Position numbers and translations under genes: made by a program. This document shows, piece after piece, positions 38,461-52,055 of a DNA stretch of 64,000 bases. The DNA is taken from the NCBI RefSeq assembly GCF_000143415.4, contig NW_003314303.1, forward strand, positions 1,332,676 through 1,396,675. The letters are read 5' to 3'. The notes under the pieces are model-generated. The model had not been told where the DNA came from. It worked only from the letters and a program-made list of their open reading frames with translations, and searched no databases. How positions within the stretch are numbered: the first letter of the stretch is position 1; each line of letters starts with the position of its first letter. The stretch is from Selaginella moellendorffii (lineage: Eukaryota; Plantae; Lycopodiophyta).

Positions 38461-41400
38461 TGAATACATTTTATGATCTATTATTGAATCTAAAATTTTG
38501 TTTGTGATAGAAATAGGTAATATATCTTTTTTTTTTGCATCATTTAACTTTTTGTAATTCATACAAATTTATAATTTGCCATTTTTCTTAGACACAATTA
38601 GAGCATTTTCAATTGGATAGATAAATTCTCCCTAAAAAAGTTTATCAATTTCTTGACTTTACCTTGGTAATTAAGATTTATTCTATAAAGCATCTACTTT
38701 TTAGGCATATTTCTTGAGAGTATCTTAATATGGTGCATATAGAGTTTTGACAAGATGTCTTTTAAAAATCTGTGTAAGATTAAAAGAAAATGTCTTTGTA
38801 ATCTTCTAGTAGATTTATGGCTTGATTGCGAAATTCACTTTGTAATCCTTGAGCAATTGTAATAGTATGCAGATTATCTCATTTGCTAAATTGATTTGTT
38901 CAAATGGTTGATCACAAAAAATATACGAAACATAATTTCTCTATTGATTAATTTTATAAGTAGGATCCTCCTTTACGGAGAAATCTTTTGCCTTTGTTCT
39001 AAGGGTTTTTTTCTTAGATACTTCTTTAAGTATTGAATAAAGATTTACTTTTGAAATTGGCTCAATTTTAAAAAAAACTTCTAAAATTTATTGTTCTTAG
39101 AAATCATCTAGGCCTTCCTCCTAATTATAAAATTGAGTTTTGAGGGGTTGATATTTCCTTTCCAATTGTATAGTGGAAGTAATGGGCATAATGTTTTTTG
39201 GTTGCCCTACAAAAAAATTGTTTTTTCAGTCTTGGTTTGTGCAAGCAATTTTTAGCCATAGTAAGGTTTTATAGGTAGAATCTCGTTATGTCATTTTAAG
39301 TACAACATAATTGAGTTTGTACTTTAGGCCAACCACATTGGTTAAAACATTTTTAATAATTCCAATGGGCTTGATGCATTAGTCATCTACCATTTGTACA
39401 TTAATAAGGCTAGCTGAATTGAACCTAAGCTTAATTCTTTTCAAATACTCTCTTTTAGAATATTTATGCTTGAGCCACCATCAATGAGAGTTTCAAATAA
39501 TAGATTCTTACCAATCTTCATATTAATTATAGAAATTTCACCATCACAATCCCCTAGCTCAATTACAATGGCTATAAATGGGACTAAAGTTTATTTCTTT
39601 TTATGCAAGAGCTCTCTAAGCAATGCAATTTTAAGAAAAAGTGCTATAATGAGATGTTAGCCTAAAGTGAGTGTAATTTTAGCATTTAAAATGCTTTTCA
39701 TCGCCTTTTTTTCATCCTTGCCATTTAACTTTAGTATAGGGTTTTTCTTTTGCACTAATGGTAAATTCATATAAACTTATAAGGCATGTATCAATTTATA
39801 AAGGTGTGAGACTTTCTGTGTTAGAATCATCATTGTTCAAATACTTGTGGATGCAAGTTTTGGAGTTGTTGAGTGATTTTTGCACTGATTTTTTTCTTTT
39901 AGCGCCATTGAAAGTTATGGATGATCTCTACTTTATCATCACTCCCTTTATCTTGGCTTTCAGATTCAACTCTTCTATGTTGAATTTTGATTATGACATA
40001 ATCACTAGGTAACTTTTCTATATCTGACCATTCTACCTTAATGTGCCTAATTATAAGTTGCATATCCTTAGAGGTTTTGTTTGATGATTCAATTTAATTA
40101 TATGGCCTAGGATAGCAAGTAGGAGTCTTAACTTGATCATACTCTTTTGGCATTTCATATTCTTTAAGCTTATTGTAACCTCTTAGCTTATCATATTCTC
40201 TAGGATGATTATAATCTTTACACCTATTTTCCTCACGGTTAGGTGGATAATCTCAAAAATTACCCATATGCAGATAATCCCCATAGTCATCTTGTTTTTC
40301 AGCATATAGATATTCATATTTAGCATTTCGATTATCATTGCAATCGTTCTTCCTACAACAACTTTTATCGTCAAGTGGATACCTTTGCCTATGTATTGTT
40401 TTATTAACTTAGGCTGCTTGTTGGGTTCCTAGTTGTTTAAACAAAGTTTTACACTCTTTATCTAAATGTCCCTCTTTTTCATAAAATTAGCATTTGATTA
40501 GCTAAAATTTGCATTCTTTCTTGTTATATTTTTCATTTTTGCATTTGATACACTAAATCCCTTATTTGAAATTGATTTGCAATTTTAAACTTCATAGACG
40601 ACTAGTTTCTTTGTCTATAAAGATTGTTTTTTTGTCTGACTTCACTATATTTACCATCTCATATTGTTTTATGAGATTTTGGTAGGCAATAATAGTTTCT
40701 TTAAGTCATCAAAATCTATATGAACTCTCTTTATCACATATTCACAATAAATTTTCATGCATAGATATAGGTGCATTTTGTCTGATACTAAGTCTTTACA
40801 ATATTTATAACATTTGTTGAATTGAGTTGTATATTCTTCGATTGTTTCAGATTTTCTTTGATAAAGTTTTTGTAGTTCATCATAGTTTTATCCTGGGTTT
40901 GTTTCCATGGAAAAATCTTTAAGGAAAAATTTTGTATGCTTATCAAATGTGCCAAGCTTTTTGACATCATTGTTATAATACTAATATTTAGCTTTGGTTT
41001 TTAGTGTATAGGGGAAAAGATTTTTTCCTGCCCATCTACTTGATTAAGCTTAATTGCTTCTATGTATTTCTCAATATGCAGTTGTGGGTCTTTTCCTTTA
41101 ATCCTAGAAAAGGATGGATATGTGATGATGGTATTTATTGTTATTCCTGCAATTGCCATTATGCTCATTGCAATTTGATAAAAAATACTCTATTTTGCAA
41201 CTAGTATAGACAAAATACGTATTTGGTTCGTAAAGAACTTGAATCATCGTTAGAGGGTTTATAAATTTAACTCTTTTGCCTTTTATAGGGTATCACTCTA
41301 GTTGTTTTGTGTTTCACTATTCTCAGTTGAAGTAGAGGCATTTTCTATGTGCCGATGCTACCAAAGAAAGTAGCATATGGATTTACGTATTTTGGATGAC

Positions 41401-44400
41401 TGTCAAAGTTGTATTGGGATTTTTAATCTCCTATTCATTGAGGTGTACTTAATATGCTTTCAGCTCACTCTCTTTCAAACTTTTTTTTAGTTTGGTTAAG
41501 CAATGATTTAGTCTGTTATGAAGGGAGGTCAAGATCGCAAATATCACGAGTAAGTGCTTTATAATCTCGTTCTAGATATTGTGAATACTTCTTTTTAGAC
41601 TGCCTTCTACTATTTAGATTGTGAGGGAAATATTGTATATCTATTACTTTATTTGGTATAGACAGTGATAATTTTATACATAAGGATTATTCCCTTTAAA
41701 GCTTTATAGGTAAGATCAATTGTTAGTCTATGTCTATATATTTTTAAGTTTGTTGGCATTGCTACTATGGCAAGCATAGTTATTATGCCTCGTTTGTGGA
41801 GTGAGTGGTACAAGATTTTTGTATGAATTGATTCCCTTTGTAAATTGGCCTATTAATCACTCTTAGGAGCAAACACTTAACTTCTGAATCAATTTCGAAA
41901 TGGGGATGGCTTTTCTTTAGAGGCCAAATGTCTAAGACATTGCTTATACAAGAGTCCTAGGAATTTCTCGAGCAACAAATGTTATTTTTTATAGCATATA
42001 TGTCTTACTTAAATATGGTCCACTTTAAAAGATTTTTACCCCACAAAATTTTGTTACCTATCAATCTAAATTTAGAATTGATCTAACATCTGTTAGCCCA
42101 ATTATCAATAAGTGTATTTCTACCTATGGGTATCCAAGCTTTATTGTGGACCATTAAAGTTCTTATAATAGCGTCTTTGCCTATGATTGCATAGAATTCT
42201 AGCAATTGTCTAGTAGGTAAAATTTTATAAATCATTTGTAGGTTATAATACTCAGGATTTGCATCTAGCTCGGATAGACAAACTATCTTTTTGTTTAAGA
42301 AGAATCCTGGTACTATTTTCTTTTTGTATAGGTAACTCCTAGATATAAATCTCAATTACACTATGTACCTACAAAGTAATTTAAGTGTATTATTGTCAAG
42401 ACCCCCAACAAGATCAATATTGGAAAATGCAAAAGACAAAGAGAAAAGCTAGTGAATAACGAAGAAGAGGCTTTAGATTGGTGTTGATTCAGATTGTGGA
42501 GAAATGGAAAAAGGCTAACCTATATATACTATAGGTTGATGAAGCTCCACCACTCTTGGATCGAGGACGGCCCAAATATAGTTGAGGTTGAGAAGGTGCC
42601 ACATCATCATCAGGAATGTGGCTCAAGACTCAAGAATCGTATGGGAAATCGAAAGTCAGGAATAGGGAAGTGTCTCGAGAGTCAGGAATAAGGAAGTGTC
42701 TCAAGAGTCAGGAATGTGGTCTGCAGGTTCAGNNNNNNNNNNNNNNNNNNNNNNNNNNNNNNNNNNNNNNNNNNNNNNNNNNNNNNNNNNNNNNNNNNNN
42801 NNNNNNNNNNNNNNNNNNNNNNNNNNNNNNNNCAAGTGCAGTTCCTCAGGTCCGTAACCCTTCCAGTCAACCAAATAGTAGAGTTTAGACTGTGAGATCT
42901 TGGAATCAAGGATGTCTTGAACCTCGTACTCAGACCCATCCTCAAATTGCACTGGTGGAGGTGGAGGAATGACCTGATTTGGAATAGGACTGGGAATATA
43001 AGGCTCAAGGAGAGAGGAGTGAAAAACAGGGTGAATTTGATATGAGGAGGGAAGTGCAAGGCGATAAGTGACAGGATTAATGATAGCAGTGATAGGGAAA
43101 GGACCGAGGCATTTGAAATCAAGTTTGCGACATGGCCTAGTGGTGGAGATATTTTGCCTAAGGAGCCAGACTTTATCCCTAATATTATAAGGGGGACAAT
43201 CCTGACGATGAACATTGGCAAATGTTTTGTGAGATTCTTGAGCATGATGGAGGTGGAAGGAGATGGAGTTGTCGATTTCCTGGAGGTTGGAGACAAATGT
43301 CTCAGAGCGGGGATTAGAATGAGAGGATTCAGATGGAGAAGGAAGTGAGAGATTGAATCGGGGATTTCGGCCAGAGTTTGCAAAAAAGGGGGAAACTCGA
43401 AGAGAGGAGTGAACAGAGTTGTTATAGGAGAACTCAGCAAGGGGAAGGATATCGAACCAGTCATCCTGATGATAGTTGATGAAGCACCTCAGGAATTGTT
43501 CCAACGTCTGAATCGTTCGCTCGGACTGTCCATTAGTTTGAGGATGATATGCCGAAGAGAGGTTGGCCTTCACTCTAAGCAGCTGCAGAAACCGTTGCCA
43601 GAAATGAGAGATGAACTGAGGTCCCCGATCCGAAACCACATTTGCAGGAATCCCATGAAGTCAGAGAATTTCCCTAAATAACAGTTTTGCCATGTCCTCG
43701 CCCGAAAACTCCATGGTACACGGCAGGAAGTGCGCCATCTTTGTGAAGCGATCCACCACGGCTAAAATGCTGTTGAAGCCTCCAAAACTTGGAAGATCAC
43801 TCAAGAAATCCATGGAGATAGATTCCCAAGGACTTGAAGAGACCGGGAGGGAACGAAGCAAACCTGAAGGAAGGTGATGAGGTACCTTATTTCGAGCGCA
43901 AGTGTCACAAGAGGTAACAAAAGCTTTGATGTAGTCGTCCATGTGAAGCCACCAAAAGTCTTGTGCAACCAGCTCATAGGTTTTTGCAATGCCGAAGCAA
44001 CCAGCAGTCGGGCTATCGTGGCACGCCATCAGGACCAACCTTCGAGCATCACCTTCAGGAACGTAAAGCTGCTCCCCACGGTACAACAAGCCATCTAAGA
44101 ACTCGAACTCGTCAAATCGCCGGCAATCAGGAGTCACTGGGTGTCCAGCCTGGAGATGGGGGAAAGTGTCTCTGGTGAGGTCATCGGATTGAAGATCATT
44201 TCTGATCACATCCATCAAGGAGGAGTCTTGAGGGGCCAAGGAAATTGCCATAACTTGAAGCCGATCAGAATCGAGGATAACTTGATGCTATTGATCGAAG
44301 GCAGGATTACCAGGCCTGAGACTGAGATAGGACCGCCTTGAAAGAGCATTAGGAAGGCCTTGAAACTTTCCAGGTTTGTACTTGATAACAAAGTCAAACC

Positions 44401-47400
44401 GACTCAAGAATTGTGCCCACTTTGCTTGACGACGGCTCCAAACTCAAGAAGTGGCAAAGTACTCAAGATTTTTGTGATCCGTCCAGACCATTGTTTGATG
44501 GCCCGCCCCCTCCAAGAAACGACGCCACTCTCCAAAGGAATCCACGATGGCAAGGAGCTCCTTGTCGTGGATTTCGTAATTGATCTCCGCAGGCTAGAAT
44601 TTCCGAGAATGGAAGGCGACCGGATGAAATTTTTGATCCGCTCCGAGTTGAGACAACACAGCACCCATGGCAAAGTCGGAGGCGTCAACCTCAATGAAAA
44701 AAGGTTGTGAGGGATCAGCGTGGATCAAGACAGGAGCAAAACTGAAGGCCGCCTTGAGTGTGTCGAAGGCCTGCTGGGCAGCAGCAGACCAAGAGAAGGG
44801 AACATCCTTGTGAGTGAGATGCGTGAGAGGAAGGACAATGTCAGAGTAGTGATCAATGAATTTGTGGTAGAAGTTGGCGAAGCCAAGGAAAACCTGAACG
44901 TCCGACATTGATTGTGGAGGCTCCCATTCGAGAATAGTTTTGACTTTGGCAGGATCTATCGTAATACCCTCAGGAGTGACAATGTACCCAAGGAACTCCA
45001 CAGACTCCTGATCGAAGGAATATTTCTCAAGCTTTGCGTATAGGCCGTGTTCCCGCAGCTTTGCCAGCACCTTGCGCACATGCTCATCGTGTTCCTCCTG
45101 AGTTTTTGAGTAAATGAGGATGTCATCGAGGTAGACAATCACCATCTGATCAAGAAACTCCCGAAAGACGTCGTTTGCCATGTGTTGGAAAACTGCTGGA
45201 GAATTTGTCAAGCCAAATGGCATGATAGTGTACTCGAAGTGGCCATAGCGGGTTCGGAATGTAGTCTTCCATTCATCACCAGGCCGAATCCGGATTAGGT
45301 TGTATGCTCCACGGAGGTCAATTTTGGTGAAGAAGCGGGCACCACCGAGGCATTCCAACAGGTCCGAGATCAGAGGCAGCTTCCGAACAGTCACCTTGTT
45401 CAAACCTTGGTAGTTGATGACTAGCCACAAACTCCCATCCTTCTTCTTGACAAAGAAGATAGGCGCTCTAGCCGGGGATTGCGAATGCTGAATGTACCCC
45501 GAGGCAAGGTTCTCATCCACGTATTCTTTGAGGGCCTTAAGCTCGGATGGGGATAACCTGTAGATAGGCCCCCACGGAGGTGATGCTCCTTTCTGTAAAT
45601 CAATGGGACAGTCATAAGGCTGATGAACAGGCAGTACACTAGCTTTTGTCTTGTCAAACACATCCCCCAAATCATGATACTTCTCAGGAAGACTGACAGG
45701 AGAAACATGCAAAGCAAAAAGGAAAATAGGTTCTTCATGAAGGAGTTCTTTCATAGTGATTGTGGAGATAGGAGGAGGTGTATGACTAAATGGAATGATG
45801 AGACGAGGATACTGTCCAGTGTAAGATGGAAGAGAGGAAAAAGAAGAGGGTGAAAACTTCATAGAGTCAGGAATAGAACCCCGATTTGAGTTTAGGGAAC
45901 TTTTTTTGATTCGGACTCGATGAACAGCAGGGGAAGCTGTGGGAGATGGTGATGTGGGAGAGACGAGCTGTAATTCCTTCCAACAGATCTGAGGCTGATG
46001 TAGTTGGAACCAAGGGAGGCCAAGCACCACAGAGGAGGACTTGCTGTTGATGATGTTGAAGGCGATATCGGTGACGGTGGACCCAATGTGTACTCGAACG
46101 GGCAACGTTTCCCTAAGTCCAAAAGATGGAGACACAAAATGCCCATCGATGCCTTCAACCCTCAGATCCCGTATGGTAGGAGAAAGAGGAACGTGATGTT
46201 GGGCAACAAAGTCCATGTCCATGAAGCAGGAAGTTGCACCTGAGTCCAGTAGTGCCAGAGCCTTGAGTCCTAATTGTCCGGTGAAAGAAAGGAGACATGG
46301 GACACGGAAGTTGCAAGAATTGGTGGTGGCTTTGATGAAAGGTGGTGAGGAGCTTGATGAAGAAGAGAAGTGATTTTTATTCAGGGAGTCCAAACAGACA
46401 GCTCCTACTCTGTTTGGACAGGGTCGTTTCCCGACTGCAATAGAGGTGGACTTTGAGGCAGAGAGAACTCGAGCAGTCGGGGAGGCTTCTTGGGACACAC
46501 AGCTGCTTTGTGATTAGGATCAGCACAGTAGAGGCAAAGATTATGAGATATTCGACGTTGCTTCTCAGCAGGACTCAACTTCCTTCTAATGAGTCAGGGA
46601 GTACCAGAAATATCCATTGAGACCGGAGCAGTAGGTTCAGGAGTATGCCCTGAAGACTCAAGCTGGGATTCTTGAGTCTGGGACGGGAAAACGGTGGCGC
46701 GGCGACTTTCCTGACGACGTTCAAAGAGACAATTGTCACATCGAACAGCTTTGTTGATGGCGTCCGACAAGTCTGTGGGATCCTCTATGGTGAGCAACAA
46801 ATCCTTGACACCGTTGTTGAGGCCGAAATGAAATTGATTAATCAGAGCCCGCTCATCTTACTGAGTGTCCAAGGCAAGGAGTTGGAACTTTGCAGCATAG
46901 ATGGAAGTAGGACGAGACCTTTAAGAGAGACGTCTCATCTTTGTTGTGGCAGCCCGAACCCGATCCGTCTCGCCAAAACATGCTTTGAGCTTCTCTTTGA
47001 ACAATTGAAGATCCATCAGCTCCGGAACCATGACCCCTTTCATGCTCTTCTCTAGGAGAGGAGAAAACCATGACAAAGCTGCATCTTCAAGCAACATCCC
47101 AATCGCACCGATTTGAGACTCGGGAGTGGGGTACCGCCGATGTTGAATTGCGAAGATCAGCTCCATCTGGTTCAGGAATCTGTGAAGCTCTGAACGCTTC
47201 CCTGAAAATTTCGCCGGGAAACTCACCTTCGGTTCAGGAACTTTGCTGGATCCTTGAGCCGAAAGTGAAGCAAGCTCCTACTGCATGCGAAGAAGGGTCG
47301 CCTTCAGCTTGGTATTCTCAGACTGGATTTTTGCAAGGACTTCGGCAAAGAAATCAAGATGGCTTGGAGACTCTATTGGAAAAGAAGAAAGAAAAAATGA

Positions 47401-49900
47401 GGAAAAAAGACAAGGCAGTCAAACAATTAAAACTAGCTAAAGCAAAAAATGAAAAAACACAATCTGAACCAAACTGTCAAGACCCCCAACAAGATCAAGA
47501 TTGGAAAATACAAAAGACAAAGAGAAAAGCTAGTGAATAACGAAGAAGAGGCCTTAGACTGGTGTTGATTCAGATTGTGGAGAAATGGAACAAAGCTAAC
47601 CTATATATACTATAGGTTGATGAAGCTCCACCACTCTTGGATCGAGGACGGCCCAAATATAGTTGAGGTTGAGGAAGCACCACATCATCATCAGGAATGT
47701 GGCTCGAGACTCAGGAATCGTACAGGAAATTGAGAGTCAGGAATAGGGAAGTGTCTCAAGAGTCAGGAATGTGGTCTGCAGGTCAGGAACCCAGCGAGAG
47801 TCAGGAATGTGGCAAGAATTGGGGGATTCCTGACAATTATCACATCTTTTTTTATAATAATAAAGGTACCAAGAGTCAAACTTCTATATACTTTGAGCAA
47901 AATACTGTCAAGTATTTCACTCGGTAATTCATCAAACTATTTAAGTAATTTTGTTAAATTATCATTTGTTAGCATAGTTAAGTATACAAGATAATTTAGT
48001 TTTTGCTTTTTTATACTTTTGTTTAGTCACACAGAGTGGAGATCAACCAACTTCCATCTAATTCTATAAAAAAAATGTATATTTTGATAGGTGTGGTGAA
48101 TCGCTGATAAACATTCTTATTTTGTCTACCCTAATTCCCCCATTCAACTTTTAGGATATTAGAGGGTAATCAATCCTTAATCTCTCCACCTATGTATGTA
48201 AAAAGTCCTCCCTTTTTTACCCGTGCTTAGTGTAGTTAAGATTAATTTAGTGCAAGGTCTCTAGCACATAATACCCAATTCTAGAGTAGTTTGCCTACTT
48301 TATAGTGGGTTTTACCCTCTGACTTATAACCAACCTTGCCCTTATAACTATAGAATTAAAAAAAGTAGTCTATTGTTCTTGGCAAATCTTGGGCAAACCT
48401 CTTTTAAATGGTTCAACACTAGGGACTAATTTGAATAGGGCATGGAGATCAATTCGTGAAATTTCATTATATAATCAATACAAGAGTTAAATTATCTAGT
48501 GCATGATAGTTGTTCTAGATCAATTTGCTTGTGGAATAACTTTAGATAGCTTTTCAAACATGTGATAACTAATTCGTGGAAAATTTTGCTTTAGATGTAG
48601 ATTTTTTAAGGTAAATTTTTCTCTAGCTTGTTCGCCAACAGGCAATTATGGTCAATACAAATCTTTGTTCAAGCTCTTGTATGACAAATTTTGAGCTTTG
48701 CAATGTATTTCAAAATTTCTGGAAGTGTCTAAGATTATTTCACCTTTTTAGACAAAACCCTTTTTTAATATCTTTAAACTTATTTTAGCTCTTTAAATAT
48801 CAAAGCGACAATTTGTTTTTTGTCTATACCTCATTTCAGGGGATATAGGGTATATTTCACGTGATTGCCCTTGATTTCTCCTTATGGGGCTAGATGTTAT
48901 GTGAGTGCTCTTAGAATCTATAGGAGAGTGATAACTTTCACAATAAACAGTGTTTGCAAGCTCTCTCTATATAATAGATAAACTTGAATTAATTTGTTTA
49001 AGTGTACTAGACATAAAATGGTTTGAACGGTTATAATGGTTCATGATAACTATTTTCAAGTTTTCAATTTTGTGAGTCTTGTTTGAGTCTTATAAGCTTT
49101 TGTAATATGCATAGAAGACTTAAACTCAGGATAAATCTATCTCAAACTGTATCTGAGTAGTAGTTGATGTTAAAGGACTTTAGATCAAAGTCTTGAGACA
49201 ACACAATGTTTTAATTATGATTTTGCTTCTATGAAAGCCTCGTAAGATTTGGGTGAATAGTTCCCTAATTTGTTCTTCACTAAGATTGGCTTTAACTCTC
49301 TTTAAACTGGAGTAAAAAACAAAAGTTATAAGTGCCCAATTTTCCTATTTATGTATGCCTAGAAAAATTGTGACATGCTACTAAAAAATGTGTCTTTTAA
49401 AAACCCAAGAGAATTTTCTCAGAAGGAAAGAATTTTAGAGTAGTTGATTGTGTCTTCCATATCAAACAAACTCCATTTTTTTTGTTTTGGATTTTTCTCA
49501 AGAAATTGTTAATAAAACAATTTAAACTTGAGTTTTTTAGTAATGTATGTTGTACTTCAATTTCAAATTCATCCTATGCTCTATAGCTTTAGTGATAGTT
49601 GAGAAACTATATTTCTTATATTGTCTAGACACTAAGCCACTGCAATCACTAGAAAACATTTTTTGTTCATTATTATCTATGCTTAAGGCCTTTAGAATCA
49701 TTGAAGTGATTTACTTGTGAATCCTAATGCTTGACATATTTGGAATTCACAAGTAATTTTCTTTCAGTTGTTTTTCAAGCTAAAGAGTGATGGCTTATCC
49801 TACCATGGTTGTCAAAAGTAAGTAAGACTTTTTCTACCTGTACTCATGTTCTCACCCATGCCTACAAAATAGTGACAAAAAACATAAATGAGAATGTAAA
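38461..49900 (-). mobile_element. Old AT-rich degenerate Ty3/gypsy remnants, interrupted by the 42394-47835 element
   Basis: RT start ICMNYKKLNDAKKKDILP at ~38500-38600, protease-like LIDGGSSINI at ~39470-39500 and a Zn-knuckle remnant EGHLDKEC at ~40460. The boundaries are approximate. Confidence 0.6.
42394..47835 (-). mobile_element. Full-length chromovirus (Ty3/gypsy, Tcn1/Tf1-like) with chromodomain
   Basis: The 5' LTR is 47475-47835 (361 bp, TGTCA...TGACA) and the 3' LTR starts at 42394, running into the N gap. TSD ATTAT at 42389-42393 and 47836-47840. Domains: gag, protease LLDSGA, RT YLDD, RNase H DASD, integrase and chromodomain EYEVQDILDSK...YLVDWKGY. Frameshifts present. Confidence 0.93.
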
Positions 49901-50250
49901 AGAAAAAAAGAGAAGATAGAAATTAATAACTCAACCTCAAACCCCAAAGGCGTGAGTAAGAATAAATATATGTCATTTTTTAACTTTACTTTGCACAAAC
50001 AATTATAAGTGGGAAAAAAAATGGTTAGTTCAATACAAATGCATACAATAGTGAGCGAGAGTTGTTTTTTAGCACATCTAAGTGTTAATTACATGATTCT
50101 ATAACTGTTTTTAACTATTTCATTCTTGTCTATGACGAGCATTGCCTAAGTCGAGTTTTTTTTTTTGGATGCTTAAGTTTAGGCATAATTCCATTTCATC
50201 TAAGTTTCCTTCTTCTGCTCTGCTTGGGAAGATATACAAAATAAAACATT

Positions 50251-50839
50251 TACCTCTTCATCAAACATTGTCAAAATCTAAATTGATAATTCTAAGAAGA
50301 ATATCATGCTATCTTCCATGGTATTTCCAAAATATACAAGTCACTTTGCTTGAGAGGTTAAGCAAAGATTATTAAACTGCTAAAACACTGTTTGGTGAAC
50401 TTGACATAATAAAAGTGCACCTAGATCTAATCACATATCAAGCCCATCAAATAAATCAGACATAATAATTACTTCTCTAAACCATTAAAAGATGACTGCG
50501 TTTGGGTGTCCAAAGCAATACTCACTCTTCATTTCTTCCCTCCACTCAATCCACGCAAGAACCACTATCTCCAGCCCCCATCTCACTCTGAACCATCTCC
50601 ATCTTTTGGCTGTGTGGTAGGCTGCCTCAAATAAGCAGAGTAAGTGATTGTCTCCAGAACAGTGAGCTTCCCAGCAAAACATACTCTTGATTTACATAAG
50701 CATCTGATAGAAAGCTTGAGAATCACTAAATCAAATGTTTATACACACTGCAGTCCCATGCCTCATGTTTGTCTGGAGATTCCCATTGGATCCTTCTCGC
50801 CTCACAATCTACCTGTGATGAACGACAATGCAAGAATCT
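50251..50839 (-). pseudogene. Inverted ABCG fragment I5, upstream of UGT copy 2
   Basis: Matches I1 ~600-1170; no forward ABCG is adjacent. Confidence 0.8.
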
Positions 50840-51006
50840 TAGTCTCAAACACATGGTCAATCTTTAGAAAACTCTATCAACATGCGCGTCAAGCAAGGTT
50901 TGACTTTCCCGATTCTGGACCCATGATCTCAAGATTTAAAAGTCGACAAAACTAGCAGGAGGCCATTTCTTTTCAAACTTTCTATCCCATCCAGTCTTGC
51001 GTGGCT

Positions 51007-51938
51007 ATGGCTTCTCAAGGTACGTCGTCTCCAAAGATCCATGTCCTCGCATTTCCCGTCCCAGGCCAGGGACACATCACTCCGATGATGCATCTCTGCA
51101 AGAAGATCGCCGCTCGAGATGGATTCATCGTCTCATTCGTCAATGTCGACAGCCTCCACGACGAGATGATCAAGCACTGGAGAGCTCCATCCAATACGGA
51201 CCTCCGCCTCGTCTCAATCCCACTCTCCTGGAAGATCCCACACGGCCTGGATGCTTACACTCTCACTCACTCGGGTGAGTTCTTCAAGGCCACCACCGAG
51301 ATGATCCCAGCTCTCGAGCACCTCGTCTCCAAACTCTCTCTCGAGATCTCGCCGGTCCGCTGCATCATCTCGGACTACTTCTTCTTCTGGACCCAGGACG
51401 TTGCTGATAAGTTTGGGATTCCAAGGATTGTTCTGTGGCCTGGATCCGCTGCCTGGACCACGATTGAGTATCACATACCCGAGCTCATCGCCGGAGGCCA
51501 TGTCTTTCCCAGCTTGACCGAAGGTATCTCCACTTTCAATGGCATTCATGTTCGCCTCAAAACTTTGCAGCGAAGAAGCTTGTCGCGGATGAATCTATAG
51601 TGGACATTATCAAGGGACTAGGACCTCTTCATCAAGCCGACGTACCTCTCTACTTGCAAGCTGACGATCATCTCTGGGCGGAGTACTCCGTGCAGCGGGT
51701 TCCCTACATCCGCAAGGCCTCCTGCGTGCTCGTCAACTCCTTTTACGATCTGGAACCGGAAGCTTCCGACTTCATGGCCGCCGAGCTCCGCAAAGGTATC
51801 TCTCCGTCGGTCCCATGTTTCTCCTGGACGAGCAGACCTCCGAGATCGGACCAACCAACGTGGTGCTCAGGAACGAGGACCCCGAGTGCCTGCGGTGGCT
51901 TGACAAGCAGGAAAAGGCTTCCGTTCTCTACATATCTT
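51007..51938 (+). pseudogene. UGT copy 2, truncated
   Basis: Exon 1 is near-identical to the 29107 copy. There is a ~10-bp frameshifting deletion at ~51797, and the gene breaks after SVLYIS, before the PSPG box. Confidence 0.9.
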
Positions 51939-52055
51939 TCTACATATCTACATATCTACATATCTTCCGTTCTCTACATATCTACATATCTCTACATATC
52001 TAATATCTAAAAGGCTTCCGTTCTCTACATATCTACATATCTCTACATATCTAAT
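51939..52055. repeat. Filler DNA made of TACATATC / AAGGCTTCCGTTCTC repeats
   Basis: Iterated copies of the last ~25 bp of the truncated UGT. Confidence 0.8.
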
